NCBI GenBank assembly: GCA_963788655.1
Contig: CAWBHS010000087.1
Coordinates: 64,001-128,000 of the forward strand
Length of the DNA stretch: 64,000 bases
Direction of reading: 5' to 3'
DNA from: an uncultured Verrucomicrobiae bacterium
Lineage (GTDB): Bacteria > Verrucomicrobiota > Verrucomicrobiia > Limisphaerales > JAFGQR01
Shown here: positions 56,204 to 64,000 of the stretch, in pieces
Layout: every line of letters starts with the position of its first letter
Position numbering within the stretch: position 1 is the first letter of the stretch
Program-made: the position numbers and the translations under genes
The notes under the pieces: generated by a model
What the model was told of the DNA's origin: nothing
Database searches by the model: none
Seen by the model: the letters and a program-made list of their open reading frames with translations, nothing else

Positions 56204-57196
56204 TCACCGCCTGTTTTTATCAGTTTCCACTGCCAGTATCTCGTCCATGAAACGACCGGCGGCGGTGCCTTCGTAGTTCGCCTGCAATGAACGGACCGCT
56301 GCCTGGAACGGCTTTTTGTCCGGTCGCAGGATCTGCATTCCGGCGGCTTCGAGTTTGGCGAGCGTTTCCTTGGTTTTCTGCGCCCACAGCTCGCGCTGAA
56401 ATTTCTCGGACGCATCAGCCGCTTCTTGCAGCCATTGCCGGACCTGCGGAGTCAGCCGGTTCCAGGTCTCGGTGCCAATGAGAATCACGTCCGGCACGCG
56501 GGTGTGTTCATCGAGCGAATAGAACTTGCACACCTCGTAATGCCGCGACGTGAGCACGCTGGGCGGATTGTTCTCGGCTCCGTTCACGACGCCCTGATCG
56601 AGCGCCGTGTAGAGTTCGCCAAACGGGATCGGCGTGGCCGCGCCGCCCATCGCTTCGATCATGCGAATCGCGGTGCGACTGTTTTGGACGCGTATCTTCA
56701 GACCATGCAAGTCGGCCGGCGTGCGAATGGGGTGGTCCTTCGTGTAAAAGCTCCGGCTGCCGGCGTCGTAATAGCAGAGGCCCTTGAGCTTCTTGGGAAT
56801 GCCGAGGTCGAGCAACTCGCGGCCGATCGGCCCGTCCAACACCCGCCAGTATTGGTCCTCATCGCGGAACACGTACGGAATGCTGAACACCGCCATGCCC
56901 GGCACGAATCCTTCCAACGGTGAAGTGGAGGTCTTGACCATGTCTATCGCGCCCAGTTGCACCAGCTCGATCATGTCGCGCTCCGATCCGAGCAGGCTGT
57001 TGGGATAAATCTTCAACTCCACGCGACCGCCGGATTTCTTCGCCAGTTGATCCGCCATAAATTCCATGGCCTGATGCACCGGATGCGACGTGTCCAGCGA
57101 ATGGCCCAACCGCAAAACAAGATGTTCCGAACGCCGATGGCAGCCCGTTACCAGTATTACAGCCGCCAAAAGAAATCCAACGTGGGAAAATCTCAC
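56204..57196 (-). CDS. dctP: TRAP substrate-binding lipoprotein
   Basis: GTG start gives MRFSHVGFLLAAVILVTGC (lipobox-like); GLKIRVQ, FGELYTALDQGVVNGAENN. The ORF extends to 57373. Confidence 0.93.
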   Translation of the reverse strand: MRFSHVGFLLAAVILVTGCHRRSEHLVLRLGHSLDTSHPVHQAMEFMADQLAKKSGGRVELKIYPNSLLGSERDMIELVQLGAIDMVKTSTSPLEGFVPGMAVFSIPYVFRDEDQYWRVLDGPIGRELLDLGIPKKLKGLCYYDAGSRSFYTKDHPIRTPADLHGLKIRVQNSRTAIRMIEAMGGAATPIPFGELYTALDQGVVNGAENNPPSVLTSRHYEVCKFYSLDEHTRVPDVILIGTETWNRLTPQVRQWLQEAADASEKFQRELWAQKTKETLAKLEAAGMQILRPDKKPFQAAVRSLQANYEGTAAGRFMDEILAVETDKNRR

Positions 57197-57203
57197 CGCC
57201 GCG

Positions 57204-57406
57204 GTAGCCGCCGACGTAAGGAGGCGGAGCGCAAGCCGAGGCAACGGGTCCGCCTCCACCCGTCGGCGGCTACGGTCGGTCGGTGTTTCAAACGGGCAAC
57301 GCCCTGTCGCGAAAGCCCAGAGAATTCCCCAACCGGAAGGACCAAACAGCGTTCGAGATTCGGGCTTCGACATTCTTTCGGATTTGGGCCTTCAGATTTC
57401 GGATTT
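57204..57406. repeat. Family A doublet with one degenerate TIR, plus a CGGATTT-type heptamer array
   Basis: gtagccgccgacgtaaggaggcgga ... tccgcctccacccgtcggcggctac ... tttcaaacgggc; ttcggatttgggccttcagatttcggattt. Confidence 0.8.
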
Positions 57407-58783
57407 CTAAACCTCCCACCCCGGGCGATGCTCGCGATGCAAGGCGGCATTGGCTTGCTCGTGGTTGGTGATTCGGCAGGCCAGCGGATCGAACACGAGC
57501 GGTTCCGGAAACTGCGTGGCCACGTTGCCCAACAAACACAGCTCGGCCAGCGGTCCGGCATAGTTGAAATTGGACATGGCCGGCGGCCCACCTTTGCAGG
57601 CAAGGGTCCATTCCTTCTCGTGCCCCGGTGAACGCGGCAAAGTCCGCGGCGGCCCCTCGAAATCCTTGAATTGATCTTCTGGTAACAGCGTGAACGTCGT
57701 GTTGTGCGCATTGGCGTACAACCTAGCTTTGGTGCCGACGATCAACACGCCCGCCCAATCCGCCCATTTCTTCTCGCCGGTGTCACCCCAGTCGAGCTTG
57801 CGCCCCAATCGCTCCTCGACCTCGGGACGCCAATTGCCCCCACCGCCATTGTACCAACCTACGGTCACGGGTGGCTGAGCCCCGCGCGCCGGAAACTCGT
57901 AGCGCACGACTTCCCATTTGGGGACGGAATCCGTGTCCACTTCCGACACTTCAGCCTTTACCCGCACGAATGTTTTTTGATCCGATGCGACGGAGGCATC
58001 GCTCGGCCACAGCGTGTTCAACCGCAAGGCTCGGAACGGCAGGTTGAGAATGTGCGGGGCCCAGTTGCCCAAGTTGCCGGTGCCGAATTCGCGCCAGGGA
58101 TGCCAGTTCAACCAGTCGCGGTGATAAGGCCGCTGCGAGCGCGGACCGAGCCACAAGTCCCACTTTAGAAAATCAGGAATCGGTTGAGTGCCGCTGGGAC
58201 GCGGACGATGCCCTGGCCCGCCCTGGTCCGTCCAGCCAAGCACTTCACGTATGTCGCCCAGCACCCCTGCCTGGATCAGTTCAACGGCTCGACGATAGGC
58301 CTCGCTGGCCGTGCCCTGGTTGCCCATTTGCGTGGCCACCTTGCTCTCGCGGGCGACGGCTCGCATCCGACGCGATTCGTTGACGGTGTTCGTGAGCGGT
58401 TTCTCGCAATAGACATGCTTCCCGGCTTGCATGGCGCGGATCGACGCGGGCGCATGAATGTGATCGGGCGCGGCCACCACGATGGCGTCCAGTTCTTTGT
58501 CCATTTCATCCAGCATTTTGCGGTAATCGTGATACCGCGGGATCTGGGGGAACCGCTCGTAGGCGGACGGATTCTTCACCTCATTGACGTCGCAAAACAC
58601 CGCCAGGTTTTCGCCGGTGTTGGGGATCGCGCTGACGAACCAATTGCCGCGGCCCCCGATCCCCACCAAGCCAATGTTAAGTTTCTCATTGGCCTGCGCG
58701 CTCCACACCGACGCACTGTTGCGCAAAATCAGCACGCCCGCGCCAGCCAAAGCCGAGCGCCGCAGGAAGGCGCGCCGGTTCAT
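57407..58783 (-). CDS. Gfo/Idh/MocA oxidoreductase, Tat signal
   Basis: MNRRAFLRR, VGIGGRG, APDHIH, YCEKPL, TQMGNQG, WDLWLGP. Confidence 0.92.
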   Translation of the reverse strand: MNRRAFLRRSALAGAGVLILRNSASVWSAQANEKLNIGLVGIGGRGNWFVSAIPNTGENLAVFCDVNEVKNPSAYERFPQIPRYHDYRKMLDEMDKELDAIVVAAPDHIHAPASIRAMQAGKHVYCEKPLTNTVNESRRMRAVARESKVATQMGNQGTASEAYRRAVELIQAGVLGDIREVLGWTDQGGPGHRPRPSGTQPIPDFLKWDLWLGPRSQRPYHRDWLNWHPWREFGTGNLGNWAPHILNLPFRALRLNTLWPSDASVASDQKTFVRVKAEVSEVDTDSVPKWEVVRYEFPARGAQPPVTVGWYNGGGGNWRPEVEERLGRKLDWGDTGEKKWADWAGVLIVGTKARLYANAHNTTFTLLPEDQFKDFEGPPRTLPRSPGHEKEWTLACKGGPPAMSNFNYAGPLAELCLLGNVATQFPEPLVFDPLACRITNHEQANAALHREHRPGWEV

Positions 58784-58914
58784 AGTGGACGCGTTGAACT
58801 TGGGGGATGGAACGAATGATCGAAGCCCGGAGGAGCCACCGGAGGATGATAGGGAGCCGTTCATGAGATACATGCTTCATGAACTCGGAGGCGGATGTCA
58901 ATCGGGTTCTCACC

Positions 58915-58943
58915 TTGCCAGAGAACCCCGCCAAAGTTAACCT
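58915..58943 (+). promoter_or_regulatory. Putative sigma70 promoter, leaderless geometry
   Basis: TTGCCA-17-TAACCT-6 nt-ATG. Confidence 0.55.
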
Positions 58944-58949
58944 GCCGCC

Positions 58950-59183
58950 ATGAGCAAAGCAGACATTCTTGCCGAGTTACCGAAACTGGAGCCGGGAGAA
59001 CGCCGGGAAATCCTGGACCGGATTTGGGAACTGGAGGAGCAGGATTTGTTGCACGGCGGTGAACCCACTCCGGAAGAGAAGGCGATGCTTGAGCGAGAAT
59101 TGGAGGATTACCGGCTGAATCCGGACGCCGGCTCACCCTGGGAAGAAGTCGAATCCCGAGCCCGCAAATCATCCTCGCCGTGA
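58950..59183 (+). CDS. Addiction-module antitoxin (TIGR02574-like)
   Basis: L.PGERREILDRIW...E.ELEDYRLNPDAGSPWEEV. Confidence 0.8.
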   Translation: MSKADILAELPKLEPGERREILDRIWELEEQDLLHGGEPTPEEKAMLERELEDYRLNPDAGSPWEEVESRARKSSSP

Positions 59184-59227
59184 GCTTCCCGGTCCTCATC
59201 CGACCGCGGGCCGAGGCGGATCTGCAT
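59180..59227 (+). pseudogene. RelE/ParE toxin 5' remnant
   Basis: GTGA-coupled MSFPVLIRPRAEADL, then unrelated sequence. Confidence 0.6.
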
Positions 59228-59440
59228 GCTGAACCAATCACTTTCGTATTCCCACCTCCACACAAGGCGTCACAAAAAACCTTGAACCCCCGGAGGTTCG
59301 CCTTACCCTCGGCGCATGTTCCATACGAACAACGGTCAGCGGATCCTTTTGCTTTACCGCAAGGATTCCGGGACCGCTGTTGCCGCAATTTCTGCAATCT
59401 GTTTTGAATCGTTCCAACCGTTTCCTTCGTCAATCCAACT

Positions 59441-60739
59441 ATGAATACTCAGTTTCCCACCAATCGTCGTGAGTTTCTCAAGCGCACCGCGCTCGCCGGT
59501 GCGGCCCTGGCGCTGCCTACCGTGGTGCCGTCCAGCGTCTTCGGCCAGAATGCACCCAGCAACCGGATCAACATGGGCCTGATCGGCATGGGCTTGATGA
59601 TGGGCGGACATCGTGGGCACATGACTGGTCGCCGGGATGTGCAGGTGCTGGCCGTTTGCGATGTCAACCGGGGCAAACGCGAAGCAGCCAAAGCCTTCGT
59701 CGAGCGCGCCTATGCCCGGCAACGCGCCAGCGGCACCTACACCGGCTGCGATGCCTACAACGAATTCGAACGCATCATCGAGCGTAAAGACATTGATGCC
59801 GTGATGGTCATTACCCCCGATCATTGGCACTCCCCCATTTCCGTTATGGCCATGCGCAGCGGTAAGGATGTTTACGTGCAAAAACCAATGACACTGGTCA
59901 TCAAGGAAGGCCGCATCATGAGCGACGTGTCCAAGCAATACGGCGCGATTCTCCAAGTGGGTTCGCAGCAACGGTCGGAGCGTGCTTTCCGCAAGGCTTG
60001 CGAAATCGTGCGCAACGGTTGGATTGGCAAAGTCCACACGATCTACGCCCAACTCGGCCGGTTCGCCCCGCCGGCCACGCTGCCCGAACAGCCGATTCCC
60101 GACGGGTTCGATTATGACCGCTGGCTGGGGCCCACGCCCTGGTACGCCTACAACGAAGAGCGCGTGAAAGGCAACTACGGCGGCGGCTGGCGCCGTTTCT
60201 TTGACTACGGTTCCCGGAAAAACGGCGACTGGGGAGCGCACCATTTCGACATCATCCAATGGGCGCTCGGCATGGACGACTCCGGGCCGGTCGAGTTCTA
60301 TCCTAAGGGTTACGATGGCCACGAATATCAGACGCACGTTTATGCGAACGGCGCCCAGGTGTTGCGGGACCATCCGACCAAGCACGGCCAAATGATCCAG
60401 TTCATCGGCGACAAGGGCGAAGTGCTCGTCAGCCGTGGCGGACGCTTGGAAACGACGCCGGAAGACCTGAAGGACCGTCCCTTGGCTCCAGGCGAAACAC
60501 ACCTCTACGTTTCGAACCAGCACGAGGACAATTGGCTTGAGTGCGTCAAGACCCGCAAGACGAACATTTGCACCGCCGAGATCGGCCATCGCACGGCCAC
60601 CATCTGTCACCTCAACGGCATTGCCGAACGACTCCAACGCCCCATCAAGTGGGATCCGGTGAAGGAAGAAATCATCGGCGATCCTGAAGCCAGCCGCTGG
60701 ATGGACCGCCCACGGCGCGCCCCGTACACTTACATTTAA
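59441..60739 (+). CDS. Gfo/Idh/MocA oxidoreductase, Tat signal
   Basis: NRREFLK, ITPDHWH, YVQKP, QVGSQQRS, DWGAHHFD. Confidence 0.92.
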   Translation: MNTQFPTNRREFLKRTALAGAALALPTVVPSSVFGQNAPSNRINMGLIGMGLMMGGHRGHMTGRRDVQVLAVCDVNRGKREAAKAFVERAYARQRASGTYTGCDAYNEFERIIERKDIDAVMVITPDHWHSPISVMAMRSGKDVYVQKPMTLVIKEGRIMSDVSKQYGAILQVGSQQRSERAFRKACEIVRNGWIGKVHTIYAQLGRFAPPATLPEQPIPDGFDYDRWLGPTPWYAYNEERVKGNYGGGWRRFFDYGSRKNGDWGAHHFDIIQWALGMDDSGPVEFYPKGYDGHEYQTHVYANGAQVLRDHPTKHGQMIQFIGDKGEVLVSRGGRLETTPEDLKDRPLAPGETHLYVSNQHEDNWLECVKTRKTNICTAEIGHRTATICHLNGIAERLQRPIKWDPVKEEIIGDPEASRWMDRPRRAPYTYI

Positions 60740-60762
60740 CCGGCAACAGAGACTTTTCCCCA

Positions 60763-62817
60763 ATGATGAACTCAAACCGAATTTGCTCGCTCATGAAACC
60801 CTTGCTCTCCCTTCTCGTTCTGACTGGTCTGGCTTTGGCCAGTCACGCCGCCGACTTCGAACAGGCGGTCAACGATCTCATTCCCAAGCTCGCGAACGCG
60901 GACGTGCCCAAACGTTACAACGCCCAGATGCAACTCCAGGAATTAGCCTCCGATTCTTCCAAGCCGGGCAATGACGCCGATCGTACCGCGCTGGGAAAGG
61001 TTCTTGCCGCCAAAGTGGCGGATGAATCCGTCCCGCAACCCGCTCGCGTGTGGATGGTGCGCCAACTTGAATATATGGGTCGCGAAGAAGCCGTCGAGGC
61101 GCTCACGCAATTGCTCAAAAGCGAGGATGGCGAATTGCGCGAGTGTGCCCGGCGTGCGCTCGAAAAGAATCCGGCCCCGGCGGCCGTGGCAAATCTATGG
61201 GCCGCCTTTGAAAAGGCTGCGAAAGACCAATCGCCGGAGGGCGCTCGTTGGAAGATCGGTCTGATGCACTCGCTGGCGCAGCGCGGTGACACTTCGGCCG
61301 TGCGGCTGATCATCCCGTGCCTGCAAGTAGAAGCCACCGCCAGCGCCGCGGCCGTGGCGCTCGGCCAGATTGCCAACGACAGCGCCGTGGAGGCCTTGTG
61401 GTCGGCGTTCCCTGACAACCGTTTTGCCGGTGAGTCCCTGATCAATGCCGCCAATCTGCGGCTGGCGAATGGCGACCAAGACGCCGCCAAAGCCATTTAT
61501 GCGAAGCTCGATACCACGAACAATCCGGTTGCACTCCGAGCCGCGGCCTTGTTTGGTCTGATCAAGAGCGATCCCGCCAACGCCGAGGCAGTGATTACCG
61601 AGGGCCTCACCAGTTCTGAACCCAAGCTGCAACAGGCAGTCGTCAGCGCCGCCGGAATCCCCATGCGGGCGGAGGCCGCGCCGATCCTGGCACGGTTGTT
61701 GCCCAAGATTTCGCCGGATGCCAAACTCCAAGTGTTGCCCGTTCTCGGTGCGTCGGCGGAGCCGGCCGTCATCGATGCGGCGGCGGACTCCGATCCAGCC
61801 GTGCGCGCCGCCGCTTTGGAAGCCTTGGGGCGCCTGGGCGGGGCCGCCAGCATTCCCGTTTTGCTCAAGGCCGCCAGCAGCGAGGACCGAGCGGAACAGA
61901 ATGCGGCCAATACCGCCCTGGGATGCATCTCCGGCTCGGACGTTGGAAACGCCATTATTGAAGCGGCCGCCCAAGGCGATTCGAAGGTGCGCGTGGTCGC
62001 CATTGATGCCCTCACGGCGCGCCACGTGGTATCGGCGCTTCCATCCCTGCTCAAATACGCTACCGAAACCGATGCCACCGTGCGCAAAGCAGCCTTGAAA
62101 GGGCTCGGCCGCCTGGGTGGGGACCAGGAAATCGAACCGCTGGGCAAACTCGTGCTGGCCACCAAAGACGCGGACACCGTGGCCGCGCTGGAAGCCGTGG
62201 CCGAACGCGTCACGGACAAACCGGCCGCCGCCCAAAAACTGCTGGTCTTGGCTGGCAACAACGAAGCCGCCAAAGCCACCCTCGTCAAAGCACTCGCCAC
62301 GCTGGGCGGTGCGGACGCAGTGGCAACCGTGTCGCAGTTGATGGCCAGCACTGATGCGCAAACGCAGGAAGCCGCCGTGCGGGCGCTCGTAGATTCCACC
62401 GACTTCGCGGCGACCAAACCGTTGCTGGCGGTGGCCGCCAATCCGCAAACCGGCACCACGCAATACATCCTCTCGCTCGCCGCCGTGGTGCGCTTGGTCA
62501 AGACCTCGGAAACTCAACCCGCCGCGGATCGGGCCGCCACTGCGGTTGCCGCGATGAAGGCCGCCCGGCGCGACCAGGACAAGAAGATGGTGCTGTCGGC
62601 TTTTGGCACCATTCCGCACGCGGATGCGGCGGCGGCCGTAAAAGTCTGGCTGGCCAATCCGGCCTTGAAAGCCGAAGCCGCCCAAGCGGGCATAAGCCTG
62701 GCGGAACTGCTCGTCAAAACCAACCCGACCGTCGCCAAGGATCTGGCGCAAGCAATCAAGACCGCCAACGTGTCGCGAAACCTCACCAGCCGAGCGAACA
62801 AGATTATCGCCAATTAG
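60763..62817 (+). CDS. Exported HEAT-repeat protein
   Basis: Signal peptide; repeated D..VR.AAL.ALG.LG units. Confidence 0.85.
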   Translation: MMNSNRICSLMKPLLSLLVLTGLALASHAADFEQAVNDLIPKLANADVPKRYNAQMQLQELASDSSKPGNDADRTALGKVLAAKVADESVPQPARVWMVRQLEYMGREEAVEALTQLLKSEDGELRECARRALEKNPAPAAVANLWAAFEKAAKDQSPEGARWKIGLMHSLAQRGDTSAVRLIIPCLQVEATASAAAVALGQIANDSAVEALWSAFPDNRFAGESLINAANLRLANGDQDAAKAIYAKLDTTNNPVALRAAALFGLIKSDPANAEAVITEGLTSSEPKLQQAVVSAAGIPMRAEAAPILARLLPKISPDAKLQVLPVLGASAEPAVIDAAADSDPAVRAAALEALGRLGGAASIPVLLKAASSEDRAEQNAANTALGCISGSDVGNAIIEAAAQGDSKVRVVAIDALTARHVVSALPSLLKYATETDATVRKAALKGLGRLGGDQEIEPLGKLVLATKDADTVAALEAVAERVTDKPAAAQKLLVLAGNNEAAKATLVKALATLGGADAVATVSQLMASTDAQTQEAAVRALVDSTDFAATKPLLAVAANPQTGTTQYILSLAAVVRLVKTSETQPAADRAATAVAAMKAARRDQDKKMVLSAFGTIPHADAAAAVKVWLANPALKAEAAQAGISLAELLVKTNPTVAKDLAQAIKTANVSRNLTSRANKIIAN

Positions 62818-62983
62818 GCGCATGGATGCAGTGACTGTGGCCGCGTTCGTGAGAACGCGGCTGACTTTGAAGGAAACCGCGCCGTCATGAGGCGGGATTG
62901 CCGCCCGGTCACAAACCCCAATCCGTCCATTTACCCGGAAACTGCCCGTCCCTGCGAAACCGATGTAGGCCGAGGCTAAACGC

Positions 62984-63011
62984 TTGCCTGCCGTGGGCGG
63001 CCCCTTACACT
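62984..63011 (+). promoter_or_regulatory. Putative sigma70 promoter, leaderless geometry
   Basis: TTGCCT-16-TACACT-7 nt-GTG. Confidence 0.5.
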
Positions 63012-63018
63012 TCGCCGG

Positions 63019-64000
63019 GTGTTGAATCTCCATTCGCTCAATCCGCAGCAGCGTCAGGCCGTTGAAACCATCAACGGTCCCGTGTTGATTCTGGCCGGCG
63101 CCGGCACCGGGAAAACCCGCGTGATCACGTATCGGATTGCCAACATGATTCAACACGGCATCGCCCCGGGCCATATCCTGGCGGTGACATTTACCAACAA
63201 GGCTGCCCGGGAAATGAAAGCGCGCGTCGCCAAACTGGTTCCGCGACGCAAAACGGCCAAAGCGGAAAAGCCGGCGGAGGCCCCGACCATCTCCACGTTT
63301 CACTCCCTCGGCGCGCGCATCCTGCGGCAGCACATTGAACTGCTGGGTTACAAGAAGAACTTCACGATCTACAACGAGTCCGAACAACTGGGCGCCATCA
63401 AAAAAATCCTGAGCCACCTTTCGGCCAAAGGGGAGAAAACCGATCCCAAGGTTGTGCTCAATTTCCTCAGCCGCTACAAGAACGGGTCCATCAATGCGGG
63501 CAACCTTTCCCACGAGAGCGGCGCCGCCCTGGCCCAGCACATCCGCTCGCGCTACGAAAGCGCCTTGCACGCCTGCAACGCCGTCGATTTTGACGACCTG
63601 CTGTTGCTGACCCTCAAGCTGTTCGAGGAACATCCCAAGGTCCTGGACGCCTGCCGGAACCGGTTCCGCTACGTCATGGTGGACGAGTACCAGGACACCA
63701 ACGGCGTGCAGTTTCAGATGGTGCAACGCCTCACCGAACAACATCGCAACTTGTGCGTGGTGGGCGACGATGACCAGAGCATTTACGGTTGGCGCGGGGC
63801 GGAGATCGCCAATCTCCTCGACTTGGACAAGCACTTCCGTGAGGTCCGCATTATCAAGCTCGAACAAAACTACCGCTCGACCAACTCGATTCTCAACGCC
63901 GCCAACGCGGTCATTCGGAACAACACCCGCCGCCGGGGCAAGCAGCTTTGGTCCCAACAAGGCGAAGGCTCGAAAATTCGGCTGTATGGTTTCGAAACCG
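63019..64000 (+). CDS. UvrD/PcrA/Rep helicase, runs off the window
   Basis: Manual translation: MLNLHSLNPQQRQAV...LILAGAGTGKTRVITYRIA, VTFTNKAA.EM, VDEYQDTN, VVGDDDQSIYGWRGA, LEQNYRS. Confidence 0.95.
   Translation, partial: MLNLHSLNPQQRQAVETINGPVLILAGAGTGKTRVITYRIANMIQHGIAPGHILAVTFTNKAAREMKARVAKLVPRRKTAKAEKPAEAPTISTFHSLGARILRQHIELLGYKKNFTIYNESEQLGAIKKILSHLSAKGEKTDPKVVLNFLSRYKNGSINAGNLSHESGAALAQHIRSRYESALHACNAVDFDDLLLLTLKLFEEHPKVLDACRNRFRYVMVDEYQDTNGVQFQMVQRLTEQHRNLCVVGDDDQSIYGWRGAEIANLLDLDKHFREVRIIKLEQNYRSTNSILNAANAVIRNNTRRRGKQLWSQQGEGSKIRLYGFET

Noticed and set aside
57197..57373. REP translated in an N-terminal extension of DctP
   Set aside because: The frame is open, but GTG 57196 gives a clean lipoprotein signal, so the extension is not needed.
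61195..63960. 921-aa minus-strand ORF, and similar long antisense ORFs (10394-11476, 50928-52043, 59354-60775)
   Set aside because: These are shadows of well-supported plus-strand genes in high-GC DNA and have no motifs.

Overview
High-GC bacterial chromosome segment. Gene content (lamin-tail-domain surface protein, Tat-type Gfo/Idh/MocA oxidoreductases, H-X9-DG prepilin, YdjY, HEAT-repeat and sulfatase genes) points to Verrucomicrobiota or another PVC lineage; this is an inference. Recognisable genes include amtB-glnK, a GH42-like enzyme, dciA, a reduced T2SS/type IV pilus-like cluster (E, 2xF, pilins) facing a pilin + ABC-exporter operon, nifJ with a DHOD-like gene, a radical SAM gene, glgP, apaG, a sulfatase, three toxin-antitoxin-like loci (two with decayed toxins), DUF748, TRAP dctPQM and the 5' part of a uvrD/pcrA helicase. 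No rRNA, tRNA, CRISPR array or transposase was seen. Many genes carry small frameshifts, probably assembly errors. Most notable: (1) several families of REP-doublet/MITE-like elements, some enclosed by IS-like terminal inverted repeats, lie in frame inside cleavable prepilin leaders and signal peptides, and one supplies a start codon; (2) the GH42 homolog lacks its acid/base glutamate and other active-site residues; (3) short tandem repeats show a consistent inward-facing polarity at intergenic borders.
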